Assembly: GCA_049608465.1 (NCBI GenBank)
Contig: JBMYXO010000001.1
Span: 23,609 to 67,248, forward strand
From: Solirubrobacterales bacterium
GTDB lineage: Bacteria > Actinomycetota > Thermoleophilia > Solirubrobacterales > JACPNS01
DNA: 43,640 bases
Direction of reading: 5' to 3'
Position numbers and translations under genes: made by a program. Below the pieces are notes generated by a model that made no database searches, was not told where the DNA came from, and saw only the letters and a list, made by a program, of their open reading frames with translations. Positions 10,037 through 19,173 of the stretch are shown piece after piece. Positions within the stretch are counted from its first letter, which is position 1; every line of letters begins with the position of its first letter.

Positions 10037-10401
10037 CGCAACATTTCCGAAAGGGCTTCGCCCGTCAATTCGGCCTTGCTGACGAAGCCGCGGACGCGGG
10101 ATGAGTCGAGCAGCGGGCCGAAATCAGACCGATCGCGGCTGGAGACGAGCACGATTGCCGGCCCGTCGTCACTTGCGGCAGCCTCGATCCTGTCGGCAAC
10201 TTCAAATCCGTCGATGTCGGGCAGCTGGATGTCAAGCAGCACGACGTCGGGCTGCAGCTGAGCGGCGGCGTGTACCGCAGCGATGCCGTCGCCGGCTTCG
10301 CCGATCACCGAGTAGCCCTCCGATTCGAGCAGTCGACGCACGCTCGCGCGAAACGCGGGATGGTCATCGACCACGAGCACGGACTGTTGTTTACCGAACA
10401 T
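10033..10401 (-). CDS. Single-domain response regulator (receiver only)
   Basis: VLVVDD, LLDIQLPD, LVSS and FVSK; no output domain; ATGA-type overlap with the kinase start. Confidence 0.9.
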   Translation of the reverse strand: MFGKQQSVLVVDDHPAFRASVRRLLESEGYSVIGEAGDGIAAVHAAAQLQPDVVLLDIQLPDIDGFEVADRIEAAASDDGPAIVLVSSRDRSDFGPLLDSSRVRGFVSKAELTGEALSEMLR

Positions 10402-10585
10402 GCGGTGATTCTGACTGAACGACCGCGATCTGTGGGTACGGATAACCCCACCATCGATGGGGCAGACCACACCCGCGGTTCTCACGTCTGCCACACCGCA
10501 GGTTCACGGCAGGCCGGATTGGAAACCAATGCCGTCGGGAGAAGACTTGGCACATCAATCATTTGCCAGCCCGAGGAGGCTTTCC

Positions 10586-12868
10586 ATGCAACGCAATCGC
10601 AACAACAATCGACCCGACGACAACGCAGCAACTCAGCACAATCGCGGAAATCTTGCCGCTCGCGCCGGCCGCTGGTCGGCTCAGCACCGCAAGACAGCGA
10701 TCATCGGTTGGTTCCTGTTCGTCGTACTCGCCGTTTTCGCAGGCAACCAGGTCGGACAAAAAAACATCGCCGACATCGACCACTACAGCGGCGAGAGCCG
10801 CGTGGCAGAAGAGCTCGTGCAGGACAACTTCCCCGCCGACCCTTCGACGGAGTCCGTCGTTGTCACCAGCAAGCAGTACAGCTACGGCGATGGCAGGTTC
10901 GATTCCGCGCTCGCGTCGGTGACCAAAGAGTTGTCTCAGCAGAAGAGCGTCACCGACGTTCGCTCGCCTTTGACGCGCGACGGACCGGTGAGCGAGGACG
11001 GTCACGTCGCCCTCGTGCAGTTCACGATCAAGGGCGATGAGGAGGAGGCCGCAGAAAAGGTCGAATCGATCGCCGCCGCCGTCGAGAAGGCGGGAGACGC
11101 ACATCAGGGCATCGCGATCGGCCAGTTCGGCGACGCCAGCTTCGAACAACAGTTGACGAAGGTCTTCGAAGACGATTTCGCGAAGGCGCGCAGCATCTCG
11201 CTGCCGATCACGCTGTTGATCCTGGTGTTCGCCTTCGGCGCGCTGGTGGCCGCCGGCCTTCCGGTGCTGCTCGCGATCACGGCAGTGATGGCAACGCTCG
11301 GTCTGATCGCGATTCCGAGCCAGATCATGCCGGTCGACGACGCGATCGCCGAGGTCGTGCTCTTGATCGGAATGGCGGTCGGCATCGACTACTCGCTGTT
11401 CTATCTCAAGCGTGAGCGCGAGGAGCGCGCAGCGGGTCGCGGTGCGCGGGCTGCCTTGGAGGCCGCGGCAGCGACCTCTGGCCGTGCGGTACTGATCTCC
11501 GGTCTGACCGTGATCGTCGCGATGTCGGGCATGTTCATTGCCGACAGCCCGACGTTCAGTTCATTCGCCGTCGGCACGATCATGGTCGTCGCGATCGCGA
11601 TGGTCGGATCATTGTCCGTGTTGCCGGCGATGCTCAGCGCGCTCGGCGACAAAGTCGATCGCGGCCGGATTCCGTTCGTCGTCAAGCGGCGTCAACGGGC
11701 CATGGCCGAGGGCAAAGAGGGCGGCGTCTGGTCGAAGATCGTCGCCGTCGTCCTGAAGCGCCCGGCGATCGCGGCGTTCGCAGCGGCAGCCCTGTTGATC
11801 GCGCTCGCCCTGCCGGCACTGCACCTGGAAACGCAACAGGAGGGTGTGGAAACCCTTCCACAGGACATCCCGGCGATGGTCGCCTACAAACAGGCGCAGG
11901 TCCTCTTCCCGGAGGAGAACGTTCCCGCGACGGTCGTTCTGAAAACGGACGACGTCAAATCGGCCGAAGCGCAGCGCGCAATCGGCGAGTTCGTCGCACG
12001 GATCGGCGAGACACCGGGTTTCGTCGCACCCGGCCCCGACGACATCACCTCCAATCCGGCCAACACGGTCGTGCGGATCGACGTTCCGATGATCAACGCC
12101 GACGACGACTCACTTGCCGAGCGCGACCTCGAAACGTTGCGCGGTTCGGTCGTGCCCGAGACACTGGGAACGATTCCCGGCGCCACCGTCGCAACCACCG
12201 GAATGACGGCGTCGTCGGTCGACTTCAACCAGTTGATGAGCGACCGACTGCCGCTCGTGTTCGCCTTCGTTCTGGGGCTCGCATTCCTGTTGCTGTTGAT
12301 CACGTTCCGGTCACTGGTCATCCCGGTGATGTCGATCGTGCTCAACTTGCTCAGCGTCGCAGCTGCGTATGGCGTGATGGTGCTCGTATTCCAGCACGGC
12401 TGGGCATCCAGTCTGCTTGGCTTCGAGGGAACGTTCGGGATCGTCCCGTGGCTGCCGCTGTTCATGTTCGTTGTGCTGTTCGGGCTCTCGATGGACTACC
12501 ACGTGTTCATCCTCTCGCGCATCCGTGAACTCCGCGATCGCGGCATGACGACCGAGGACGCCGTCACGCGAGGAATCTCGGCAACGGCGGGTGTGGTCAC
12601 CAGCGCCGCCGCGGTGATGGTCGCCGTGTTCGCGATCTTTGGCTCCCTGTCGATGATCTCGATCAAGCAAATGGGGGTTGGACTCGCAGTTGCGGTGTTG
12701 CTCGACGCAACGATCGTTCGCGCGGTGCTGTTGCCGGCAACGATGAAGCTGCTCGGCGAGGCCAACTGGTACCTGCCGCGCTGGCTCCAGTGGTTGCCGC
12801 ATGTTCAGGTCGAAGAGTCCGCACCCGAGCGAGTGACTGCACCGGTCGCAACGCCGGCAGAGGCCTAG
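10586..12868 (+). CDS. MMPL/RND family transporter
   Basis: RBS GAGGAGG; two MMPL repeats with GMAVGIDYSLF and FGLSMDYHVF; LDATIVRAVLLPA and NWYLPRWL. Confidence 0.95.
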   Translation: MQRNRNNNRPDDNAATQHNRGNLAARAGRWSAQHRKTAIIGWFLFVVLAVFAGNQVGQKNIADIDHYSGESRVAEELVQDNFPADPSTESVVVTSKQYSYGDGRFDSALASVTKELSQQKSVTDVRSPLTRDGPVSEDGHVALVQFTIKGDEEEAAEKVESIAAAVEKAGDAHQGIAIGQFGDASFEQQLTKVFEDDFAKARSISLPITLLILVFAFGALVAAGLPVLLAITAVMATLGLIAIPSQIMPVDDAIAEVVLLIGMAVGIDYSLFYLKREREERAAGRGARAALEAAAATSGRAVLISGLTVIVAMSGMFIADSPTFSSFAVGTIMVVAIAMVGSLSVLPAMLSALGDKVDRGRIPFVVKRRQRAMAEGKEGGVWSKIVAVVLKRPAIAAFAAAALLIALALPALHLETQQEGVETLPQDIPAMVAYKQAQVLFPEENVPATVVLKTDDVKSAEAQRAIGEFVARIGETPGFVAPGPDDITSNPANTVVRIDVPMINADDDSLAERDLETLRGSVVPETLGTIPGATVATTGMTASSVDFNQLMSDRLPLVFAFVLGLAFLLLLITFRSLVIPVMSIVLNLLSVAAAYGVMVLVFQHGWASSLLGFEGTFGIVPWLPLFMFVVLFGLSMDYHVFILSRIRELRDRGMTTEDAVTRGISATAGVVTSAAAVMVAVFAIFGSLSMISIKQMGVGLAVAVLLDATIVRAVLLPATMKLLGEANWYLPRWLQWLPHVQVEESAPERVTAPVATPAEA

Positions 12869-12896
12869 TCCCGGTCGAAGTCGGACATCTCAAACA

Positions 12897-12929
12897 AGGT
12901 AGACAGACTGTCTATCTATCGTGTATATT
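12897..12929 (+). promoter_or_regulatory. Sigma70-type promoter of the P450-TetR operon, overlapped by a palindromic operator
   Basis: Inverted repeat AGGTAGACAG-A-CTGTCTATCT (12897-12917) covers -35 TAGACA (12900-12905); -10 TATATT at 12924-12929; spacer 18 bp. Confidence 0.7.
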
Positions 12930-12984
12930 GGTTGGGTCGTCGTTGACGATCCAACCAATTGCCCGTACTGGAGGCTTCAGCCGC

Positions 12985-14226
12985 ATGACCGTCGCAACCG
13001 AACAAGACCTCGCCTCGATCGACATCAGCGATCACGAACTCTGGCGCGATGACCCGCCGTACGAAATCTTCGCCAGGCTTCGCGAGGAGCGCCCGGTGCA
13101 CTGGAGCCCGCTCTCCCAGTTCCCGCACGAGAAGGGCTTCTGGTCGATCGTCCGTCACGAAGATCTAAAGACGATCAGCATGGACTTCGAGACCTATTCA
13201 TCCGAACGCGGTGGCGTGGTACTCGTCGATGACATCGGCGTGCCCCTGGACATGGTCCGAATGCAGCCGATTGCCCAGGACCCGCCACGCCACGACCGCA
13301 TGAAGGCGCTCTTCCAGCAGGCCTTCACGCCGCGGCGAATAGCAGCGCACACCGAGGTGATTCGCGCAATCACCAACCACGCGATCGACGGCATCGCGCA
13401 GAAGGGCCAGTGCGACCTTGTGACCGACATCGGCAAGCACGTGACCGCCCGCGTGATCGGCTCGTTGCTCGGTACCCCGCCGGAAGACGATGACCAACTC
13501 GTCGAGTGGTCGAACATGGTCGTCGGCTTCGAGGATGAGGACTATCGCCCCGAGTTCGACGCGCTGATGGGTGAGTTGGCGAACGCGTTCGAGTACGTGA
13601 TGCCAAAGGTCGAAGAGCGGCGCAAGAACCCTTCGGACGATCTGGTCAGCGCGCTCGCCCACGCCGAGGTCGACGGCGAGAAACTGACGGACGAGGAAAT
13701 GGTGATGACCTTCGGCCTGTTGATGGCGGCCGGCAACGACAGCACGCGAGCGGTGTTCGGATCGAGCATGCTGGCGCTGATCGAGAACCCCGACCAGCGG
13801 CAGCTGCTGATCGATGAGCCGGACCGCATCGAGGACGCCGTCGAGGAATGCCTGCGCTGTTTCCCCGCCTTCAGCTACATGCGCCGTACCGCCACCCGCG
13901 ACGTGGAACTTCATGGGCAGACGATTAAGGAGGGCGACAAGCTGGCGCTCTGGTACGTCTCAAGCAATCGCGACGCGACCGTGTTCGACGATGCCGAGCG
14001 CTTCGACGTCTCGCGCCCACGCGTGCAGCATCAAGCGTTTGGCGCCGGCGGACGGCATTTCTGCCTGGGCGCAGCGCTTGCGCGGCTTGAGTTGAAGATC
14101 ATGCTCGAACAGACGCTCAAACGCCTGCCCGACATGCAGCTGGCCGGGACTCCGGTGCGCGCCACATCGCTGTTCCTGAATCAGCACAAGTCGATTCCGG
14201 TGAAGTTCACGCCCGAATCTGCATAG
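12985..14226 (+). CDS. Cytochrome P450 (CYP125/124-like, lipid or sterol oxidising clade)
   Basis: RBS GGAGG; DPPRHDRMK; I-helix AAGNDST; EECLR (ExxR); heme motif FGAGGRHFCLG. Confidence 0.95.
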   Translation: MTVATEQDLASIDISDHELWRDDPPYEIFARLREERPVHWSPLSQFPHEKGFWSIVRHEDLKTISMDFETYSSERGGVVLVDDIGVPLDMVRMQPIAQDPPRHDRMKALFQQAFTPRRIAAHTEVIRAITNHAIDGIAQKGQCDLVTDIGKHVTARVIGSLLGTPPEDDDQLVEWSNMVVGFEDEDYRPEFDALMGELANAFEYVMPKVEERRKNPSDDLVSALAHAEVDGEKLTDEEMVMTFGLLMAAGNDSTRAVFGSSMLALIENPDQRQLLIDEPDRIEDAVEECLRCFPAFSYMRRTATRDVELHGQTIKEGDKLALWYVSSNRDATVFDDAERFDVSRPRVQHQAFGAGGRHFCLGAALARLELKIMLEQTLKRLPDMQLAGTPVRATSLFLNQHKSIPVKFTPESA

Positions 14227-14239
14227 TGGCACCCTCTGT

Positions 14240-14863
14240 ATGACGCCGCAGCAAGCGACCGACACCAGAATCGACCGTCGTCAGACCCGCGACGCGACCG
14301 AACAGCGCATTCTCGACGGCACGACGCGCCTGCTGAATGACGGCGCGTCGCTCGCCGGATTGTCAGTCAACCGGATCGCGGAGGAGTCCGGCGTGTCGCG
14401 GGCGACGTTCTACCTGCACTTCGGTGACAAACGTGCGCTGATTGCGCGTCTGGCAGAAACCGAGCTTCGCGCCTTCGAAAGTGTTACCGACCCGTTCATC
14501 GACGACCCCGACGCCGGACGCGCGAAACTCGCAGCCGTAACTCGCGAGCTCGCCGGCGTCTGGCGCGATCACGCCGGCGTGTTGTCGAGCCTGATCGAGC
14601 TCGCCGAATACGACGCGGATTCGCGAGAGGAGTGGCAGACCATCATTCAGGCGGTCGCGGCGAACATTGCGCCGGCCGTTCGCATTCGCCGGACAGATCT
14701 GAATGAGGCGCAGGTCATCACTCTTTCCGAGGTGATTGCCTGGACCGGCGAGCGCTCGATGCACCAGATGATCGGGCGTGAGGCATCTCAACAGCAGATC
14801 GAGCGCGTCGCCGACGGCCTCACCGAGGCGATTTGGCGAATCGTCGCTCCGGCCGTGCAGTGA
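14240..14863 (+). CDS. TetR/AcrR family regulator (EthR-like)
   Basis: N-terminal HTH LSVNRIAEESGVSRATFYLHFGDK; 13 bp downstream of the P450. Confidence 0.92.
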   Translation: MTPQQATDTRIDRRQTRDATEQRILDGTTRLLNDGASLAGLSVNRIAEESGVSRATFYLHFGDKRALIARLAETELRAFESVTDPFIDDPDAGRAKLAAVTRELAGVWRDHAGVLSSLIELAEYDADSREEWQTIIQAVAANIAPAVRIRRTDLNEAQVITLSEVIAWTGERSMHQMIGREASQQQIERVADGLTEAIWRIVAPAVQ

Positions 14864-15154
14864 ACAAACCGTCTTCCGCCTTTCGAGTTGATTCGGCGGT
14901 AGGGCGGTTGGATATGAGCAATCTGCAGCGTCGCATCAATCCCCTTGAATCTGTGGACCCGATAGCCAACGGCGTTCTTGCCGCATGGGGTCTCTGCAAG
15001 TTCGCTGCCACGGCATCGCCCGGCGAAGGACGACACTCGGCGATCTGGAATCCGTCTGTCAGACACCGGACGCGCGGACATTCCGAGCAGCCCGCGCGAC
15101 TCCCCCCGAGTGAATGGTGCGACAGGGATTTCCGAGCCCTCCGCACACGCAGGA

Positions 15155-15191
15155 ACACGAAAGGCGCCCCCTGGGAGGGCGCCTTTCGTGT
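15155..15191 (-). terminator. Intrinsic terminator hairpin downstream of tRNA-Glu
   Basis: 15-bp perfect inverted repeat ACACGAAAGGCGCCC / GGGCGCCTTTCGTGT, about 20 bp past the tRNA 3' end. Confidence 0.8.
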
Positions 15192-15212
15192 ATTCCGCAG
15201 CTTTTGGATAAG

Positions 15213-15284
15213 TAGCCCGACGGGGAGTCGAACCCCGGTTTTCGGCTTGAAAAGCCGACGTCCTAACCATTAGACGATCGGGCC
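15213..15284 (-). tRNA. tRNA-Glu (TTC)
   Basis: Reverse complement GGCCCGATCGTCTAATGGTTAGGACGTCGGCTTTTCAAGCCGAAAACCGGGGTTCGACTCCCCGTCGGGCTA; anticodon TTC. Confidence 0.96.
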
Positions 15285-15349
15285 GTGGGTGACCGGCAGA
15301 TTACCAGCGGATGTCAGATTCGACCGATCGAGCACTATGCTTCCGCGAG

Positions 15350-15754
15350 ATGGCCAGCGACGAAGCGACCACGATTGCGGAGGCCCCGAAGCGGCTGACG
15401 GCGCTCCAGTTGATCACCGGCCTTGCCTTCATGACGACCGGCACCCTGCACTTCGTGGCAGAGAAGTTCTTCACCGCGATCGTGCCCAGGAGTTTGCCCA
15501 ATCCGAAGATGCTCGTCTACGTCTCCGGCGTGGCCGAATTCGCCGGCGGGCTCGGCGTCTTGATCCCCGGCACGCGCCGCTTGGCCGGTAAAGGTCTGCT
15601 CGCACTGTTGATCGCCGTCTTCCCCGCGAACATCAACATGGCGGTCAACGCCGATCGCTTCAAGCAGTTCCCGGCATGGTCGCTGTGGGCGCGTTTGCCG
15701 CTCCAGTTCCTGATGATTCGTCAGGTCTGGAAGGCTACGCAGACCAAACACTAA
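15350..15754 (+). CDS. DoxX-like membrane protein
   Basis: GTLHFV, VYVSGVAEFAGG, AVFPANINMA and WARLPLQ are typical of this family. Confidence 0.85.
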   Translation: MASDEATTIAEAPKRLTALQLITGLAFMTTGTLHFVAEKFFTAIVPRSLPNPKMLVYVSGVAEFAGGLGVLIPGTRRLAGKGLLALLIAVFPANINMAVNADRFKQFPAWSLWARLPLQFLMIRQVWKATQTKH

Positions 15755-15779
15755 ATATTCCGTAGTTGCGTGCCGATAG
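15752..15779 (+). promoter_or_regulatory. Putative sigma-28 (FliA/WhiG/SigD-type) promoter
   Basis: TAAA (15752-15755)-N16-GCCGATAG (15772-15779), 7 nt before ATG 15787. Confidence 0.6.
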
Positions 15780-15786
15780 GTCGTTT

Positions 15787-15999
15787 ATGCAAAAACGACG
15801 GAGTTCCCACGCGCTCGCTCGTCAGGTGGCTGCGGTTTCGACGGCACGGTCACGGATGCGTCCGCGCACCACAGCCGGTTCGATGCTCGCTGAGGCCGAG
15901 TACAAGCGCGCGACGACGGACCCAGATTTGATTGAACACGCGCTTCGCGCTCGCTCTTATCGCGAGTGGCTGCGTCTGGAGGGACACAGCAGCAGCTGA
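15787..15999 (+). CDS. Small basic hypothetical protein (70 aa)
   Basis: The ATG follows the sigma-28-like promoter, the ORF fills the gap, and a terminator hairpin follows. No recognisable domain. Confidence 0.55.
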   Translation: MQKRRSSHALARQVAAVSTARSRMRPRTTAGSMLAEAEYKRATTDPDLIEHALRARSYREWLRLEGHSSS

Positions 16000-16044
16000 G
16001 TGGACGATCAATCTTTCGCGCACTGGCAGACGTGTAAGAAAGTG

Positions 16045-16090
16045 AAAAGCCCGGCAGCCGGTCCATTGTTGGACCAGTCGCCGGGCTTTT
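16045..16090. terminator. Bidirectional intrinsic terminator
   Basis: AAAAGCCCGGC ... GCCGGGCTTTT with inner GGTCCA/TGGACC pairing; A- and T-tracts on the two ends; lies between convergent genes. Confidence 0.8.
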
Positions 16091-16134
16091 TGTTGTTCCG
16101 AGCCGCCTGTGAAAGTCGACGGCACACTGCTAAA

Positions 16135-16722
16135 TCACGACTTCGGCTGCAGCACTCCGTCCACGATGTGCACAACGCCGTTGGAGGTCTTCACGTCAGC
16201 CGTTGCGACGGTTACTGAGTTTCCGTTTGCGTCGGTGATCGTGACCATCCCGTCTTCGACGGCCGGCGTGAGCTCTTCGCCTTGGACGGTTGTGATCGTC
16301 TCGCCGTCCTCGGCAAGTTGCGTGATCGCGGCGGCGTCCAGCTCTTCAGGCACCACGTGGTAGGTCAGGACTGCAGCGAGCTGGTCCTTGTTTTCGGGGT
16401 CTTGGAGTGCAGCGAGTGTGTCGGCATCGAGCGCCGCAAACGCCTCGTTGGTCGGCGCGAAGACCGTGAACGGTCCCTCACCCTGCAGCGTCTCGACGAG
16501 GTCGGCGGCGGTGACCAGTTCGACGAGTGTCGAGAGGTCCTCGGTGTCGGATGCAGTGGCGACGATGTCGCCGGTGTCCATCGACTCGGTTTCGGTGGCC
16601 GTGTCGCCGGTGGCTGCGGGTTCGTCGTCGTCTCCGCAGCCGGTGACCGCGAAAGCGGCCAGTCCGAGTACGAGAGCCATGACCACGCTGAGCAGGGGTG
16701 TACGGACTGCTGAAAGTCGCAT
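16135..16722 (-). CDS. Fasciclin (FAS1) domain lipoprotein, MPT70/83-like
   Basis: RBS AAGGAG; lipobox AVTGC; GPFTVFAPTNEAF, VLTYHVV and NGVVHIVDGVL. Confidence 0.94.
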   Translation of the reverse strand: MRLSAVRTPLLSVVMALVLGLAAFAVTGCGDDDEPAATGDTATETESMDTGDIVATASDTEDLSTLVELVTAADLVETLQGEGPFTVFAPTNEAFAALDADTLAALQDPENKDQLAAVLTYHVVPEELDAAAITQLAEDGETITTVQGEELTPAVEDGMVTITDANGNSVTVATADVKTSNGVVHIVDGVLQPKS

Positions 16723-16838
16723 GTCGTTCTCCTTGGTCTGTGCCGGTCCATCGCGGGGTTTCCGCAAACGGCGGCAGGCATTTGGATCGTGTCTGTAATT
16801 GCGCGAGCGGTCGTTGTGAATTACTCGCTTGTGGTCAG

Positions 16839-16865
16839 TTACGAACCATTCCACGGATCGGATGG
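16839..16865 (-). promoter_or_regulatory. Putative SigK-type ECF promoter of the fasciclin gene
   Basis: The minus strand reads CCATCC-N15-TCGTAA, close to the mycobacterial SigK consensus (CCATCC-N15-CCGAA) that drives mpt70/mpt83. Confidence 0.5.
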
Positions 16866-16892
16866 GAAATGTTCGATCTGCGTCAGCGATCG

Positions 16893-17621
16893 CTAGTGCT
16901 CGCCTGACACGATTGCGCCGTCTCTCAGTAACAAAGTACGAGTCGAGTGGTCGGCGATCGTCCTGTCGTGGGTGATCAAGACGACCGTCAAACCGTCGTT
17001 CCACAACGCCTTGATCACGTCGAGTATTTCTCGCCCGGTCTCAGTGTCGAGATTTCCGGTTGGCTCGTCGGCGAGCAGGATCTGCGGTTCGTTGGACAAC
17101 GCGCGCGCGATCGCAACACGCTGCTGTTCGCCGCCGGAGAGCTGTGACGGAAAGTGATCGGCGCGCTCGCTCAAGCCAACCTGAGCGAGCAAATCACGAG
17201 CACGATCTCGCGCCTCGGTCGTCGATCGATCGGAAGGGAACATCGCTATTTCGATGTTTTGCCGTGCTGTCAACGTTGGGATGAGATTGAACTGCTGGAA
17301 GATGAACCCGATTCTCTCCAGTCGCAGCGCCGCAAGTTCGTCTTCGTCGAGGCTCGCAACTGACTCACCGCCGCAGGTGATCTTGCCGTTCGTTGGGGTG
17401 TCGAGCAACCCCATCAACTGCAGCAGCGTGCTCTTTCCCGAACCCGAGGGGCCTTCGATCACGACGTATTCGCCGTTGTCGATCTGAAGGTCCACTCCGC
17501 GCAGGGCCTCCACGGCGACGCCGTCGAGTTCGTAGCTGCGCTTGACGTCCAACAGCACATACGCTGCTTCGGGCTTTGGCTGCGGGGCAGCCTGAGTTGT
17601 TTCGAGCGTTTCAGTCGACAT
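16893..17621 (-). CDS. ABC transporter ATP-binding protein (MacB/LolD family)
   Basis: Walker A GPSGSGKST; signature LSGGEQQRVAIARAL; LADEPTGNLD; ITHD. Confidence 0.95.
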   Translation of the reverse strand: MSTETLETTQAAPQPKPEAAYVLLDVKRSYELDGVAVEALRGVDLQIDNGEYVVIEGPSGSGKSTLLQLMGLLDTPTNGKITCGGESVASLDEDELAALRLERIGFIFQQFNLIPTLTARQNIEIAMFPSDRSTTEARDRARDLLAQVGLSERADHFPSQLSGGEQQRVAIARALSNEPQILLADEPTGNLDTETGREILDVIKALWNDGLTVVLITHDRTIADHSTRTLLLRDGAIVSGEH

Positions 17622-19071
17622 GCTTAAGTGCCTCCACAGGGCTTAGACGGGATGTTTTGAGTGATCCGAGGCCGCCGGCGACCAGGGCCGTGGTTGCGCC
17701 GATCGCGGCCGCGATCAGGATCGTGTTGATGCTCAGCGCGGGAATGATCGAGATCGTTTCGCTGGCCGCCTCTGCTGCTTGGCGCGCAAATCCGGGAGGG
17801 CCGCCGCCGGCGCCACCTGGACCACCTGGACCGCCTGGACCGCCAACGAGGCCGGCCCCAGGCCTTGCGGTTTGCGCGGACTGGCCTGAAACGCTCATGC
17901 TCAGCGGATCCAACTTGGCTCCTGCCATCGCGATCAGGCCGAGCAGCACGCCTGCCGCCGCACCGATCATGCCGGTCGAAAGCGACTCAGCGATCACCTG
18001 ACGGACCAGTCGCTTGTTGCCCCAGCCGATCGACTTGAGCGTGCCGAATTCGCGAGTCCGCTTGTTCACCGCGTTCAACGTGAGGATCGCCGTGATGACG
18101 ATTGCCGCAAGCAGCAGGGTCAGTTGGAGAAATACACCCATTTTGTTCACGAGGTTGTTCGCGTCAACCAACGATCCGCTGACCTGCCCGGCCAAGCTGG
18201 CATTCGTTGTAATGGTGGCGCCGTCGATCGTGCCCTCAATCTCAGAGCTGACGGCGTCGACGGCTTCCTGCGAAGTGGCGCGCACGTAGACGGTGTTGAC
18301 CTTGTCCTCGAGGTCGGCGAGGTCTTGCAGTTGTCCCAGTTGAACGTAGATGTCGGAGCTGTTGCCTGCCAAGGGGTTCGAAACGATTCCGACGACCTCA
18401 AATTTTTCGTCCTTGAGCGTCAGCGAGTCGCCGATCTTCAGGTCGTTGGTCTCGGCGTAGCCGCTCGTGACGACTGCCTGCTGCTCATCGACTGCGCTGA
18501 GCAACTGGCCCTCTTGGAGTTGGTCATCGGAGATCGGACCGAGCTGAGTGTCGGCAGCGATCCCGGTGATCGTTCGCGACTCGACGTCGATCGAGTCTGG
18601 GCCGCCTCGCCCGCCGCCCGCTGCGCCACCGGCTCCCGGGCCAGTGTTGCCCGAGGCGGTATCGGGCACGGTCCCGGACACCATCAAATTCACCACGGTG
18701 AGCGCGCTCGCCGTCGAGCCGACGTCGGAAAGCCCGTCGATTTCGTCGACGGTTCCTGCGTTGAACGTCGCGTTGGCGCCGGTCGTGAAGTTGTCCTCGG
18801 AGAACGATTCACCTGCTTTGCGGTCTGCCAGTCCGAAGCGCGGCGGACCGCCTCTGTTCTGAGTGCCCGCATCGGCGGTCTTCGTGACCGTCATGTCGGT
18901 ACCGAGCCCAACCAGCGGCTCGAGCACTTCGTCTTGTGCGTTTGAAAGCCCGGTGGAGTAGGCGCCCACGACGATTGTCAGCGCGATCGGAACGGCGAGG
19001 CCGATCGCGATCAGAATCGTTTTTGTCCGGCGACGCAGCAGCTCCGCCTTGAGGTAAGGGAAATTGATCAT
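17611..19071 (-). CDS. ABC transporter permease (MacB/FtsX family)
   Basis: One N-terminal TM, a large extracellular domain, KRTREFGTLKSIGW...VIAES, and C-terminal RLSPVEALK; Gly/Pro-rich inserts. Confidence 0.92.
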   Translation of the reverse strand: MINFPYLKAELLRRRTKTILIAIGLAVPIALTIVVGAYSTGLSNAQDEVLEPLVGLGTDMTVTKTADAGTQNRGGPPRFGLADRKAGESFSEDNFTTGANATFNAGTVDEIDGLSDVGSTASALTVVNLMVSGTVPDTASGNTGPGAGGAAGGGRGGPDSIDVESRTITGIAADTQLGPISDDQLQEGQLLSAVDEQQAVVTSGYAETNDLKIGDSLTLKDEKFEVVGIVSNPLAGNSSDIYVQLGQLQDLADLEDKVNTVYVRATSQEAVDAVSSEIEGTIDGATITTNASLAGQVSGSLVDANNLVNKMGVFLQLTLLLAAIVITAILTLNAVNKRTREFGTLKSIGWGNKRLVRQVIAESLSTGMIGAAAGVLLGLIAMAGAKLDPLSMSVSGQSAQTARPGAGLVGGPGGPGGPGGAGGGPPGFARQAAEAASETISIIPALSINTILIAAAIGATTALVAGGLGSLKTSRLSPVEALKHVD

Positions 19072-19173
19072 GCCGCCAGCCAAGCGAAGACAACTGAACG
19101 ATCGCTTGGCGTTTCCTGAGAATTCGCTGAGATCGGCGACGCACTGTCGATCGATATCCGCAGAAAAGAAGAA

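Noticed and set aside
17812-17844. 9-bp tandem repeat
   Set aside because: It encodes the GPGGPGGPGG low-complexity loop of the ABC permease; it is not a CRISPR or other non-coding repeat.
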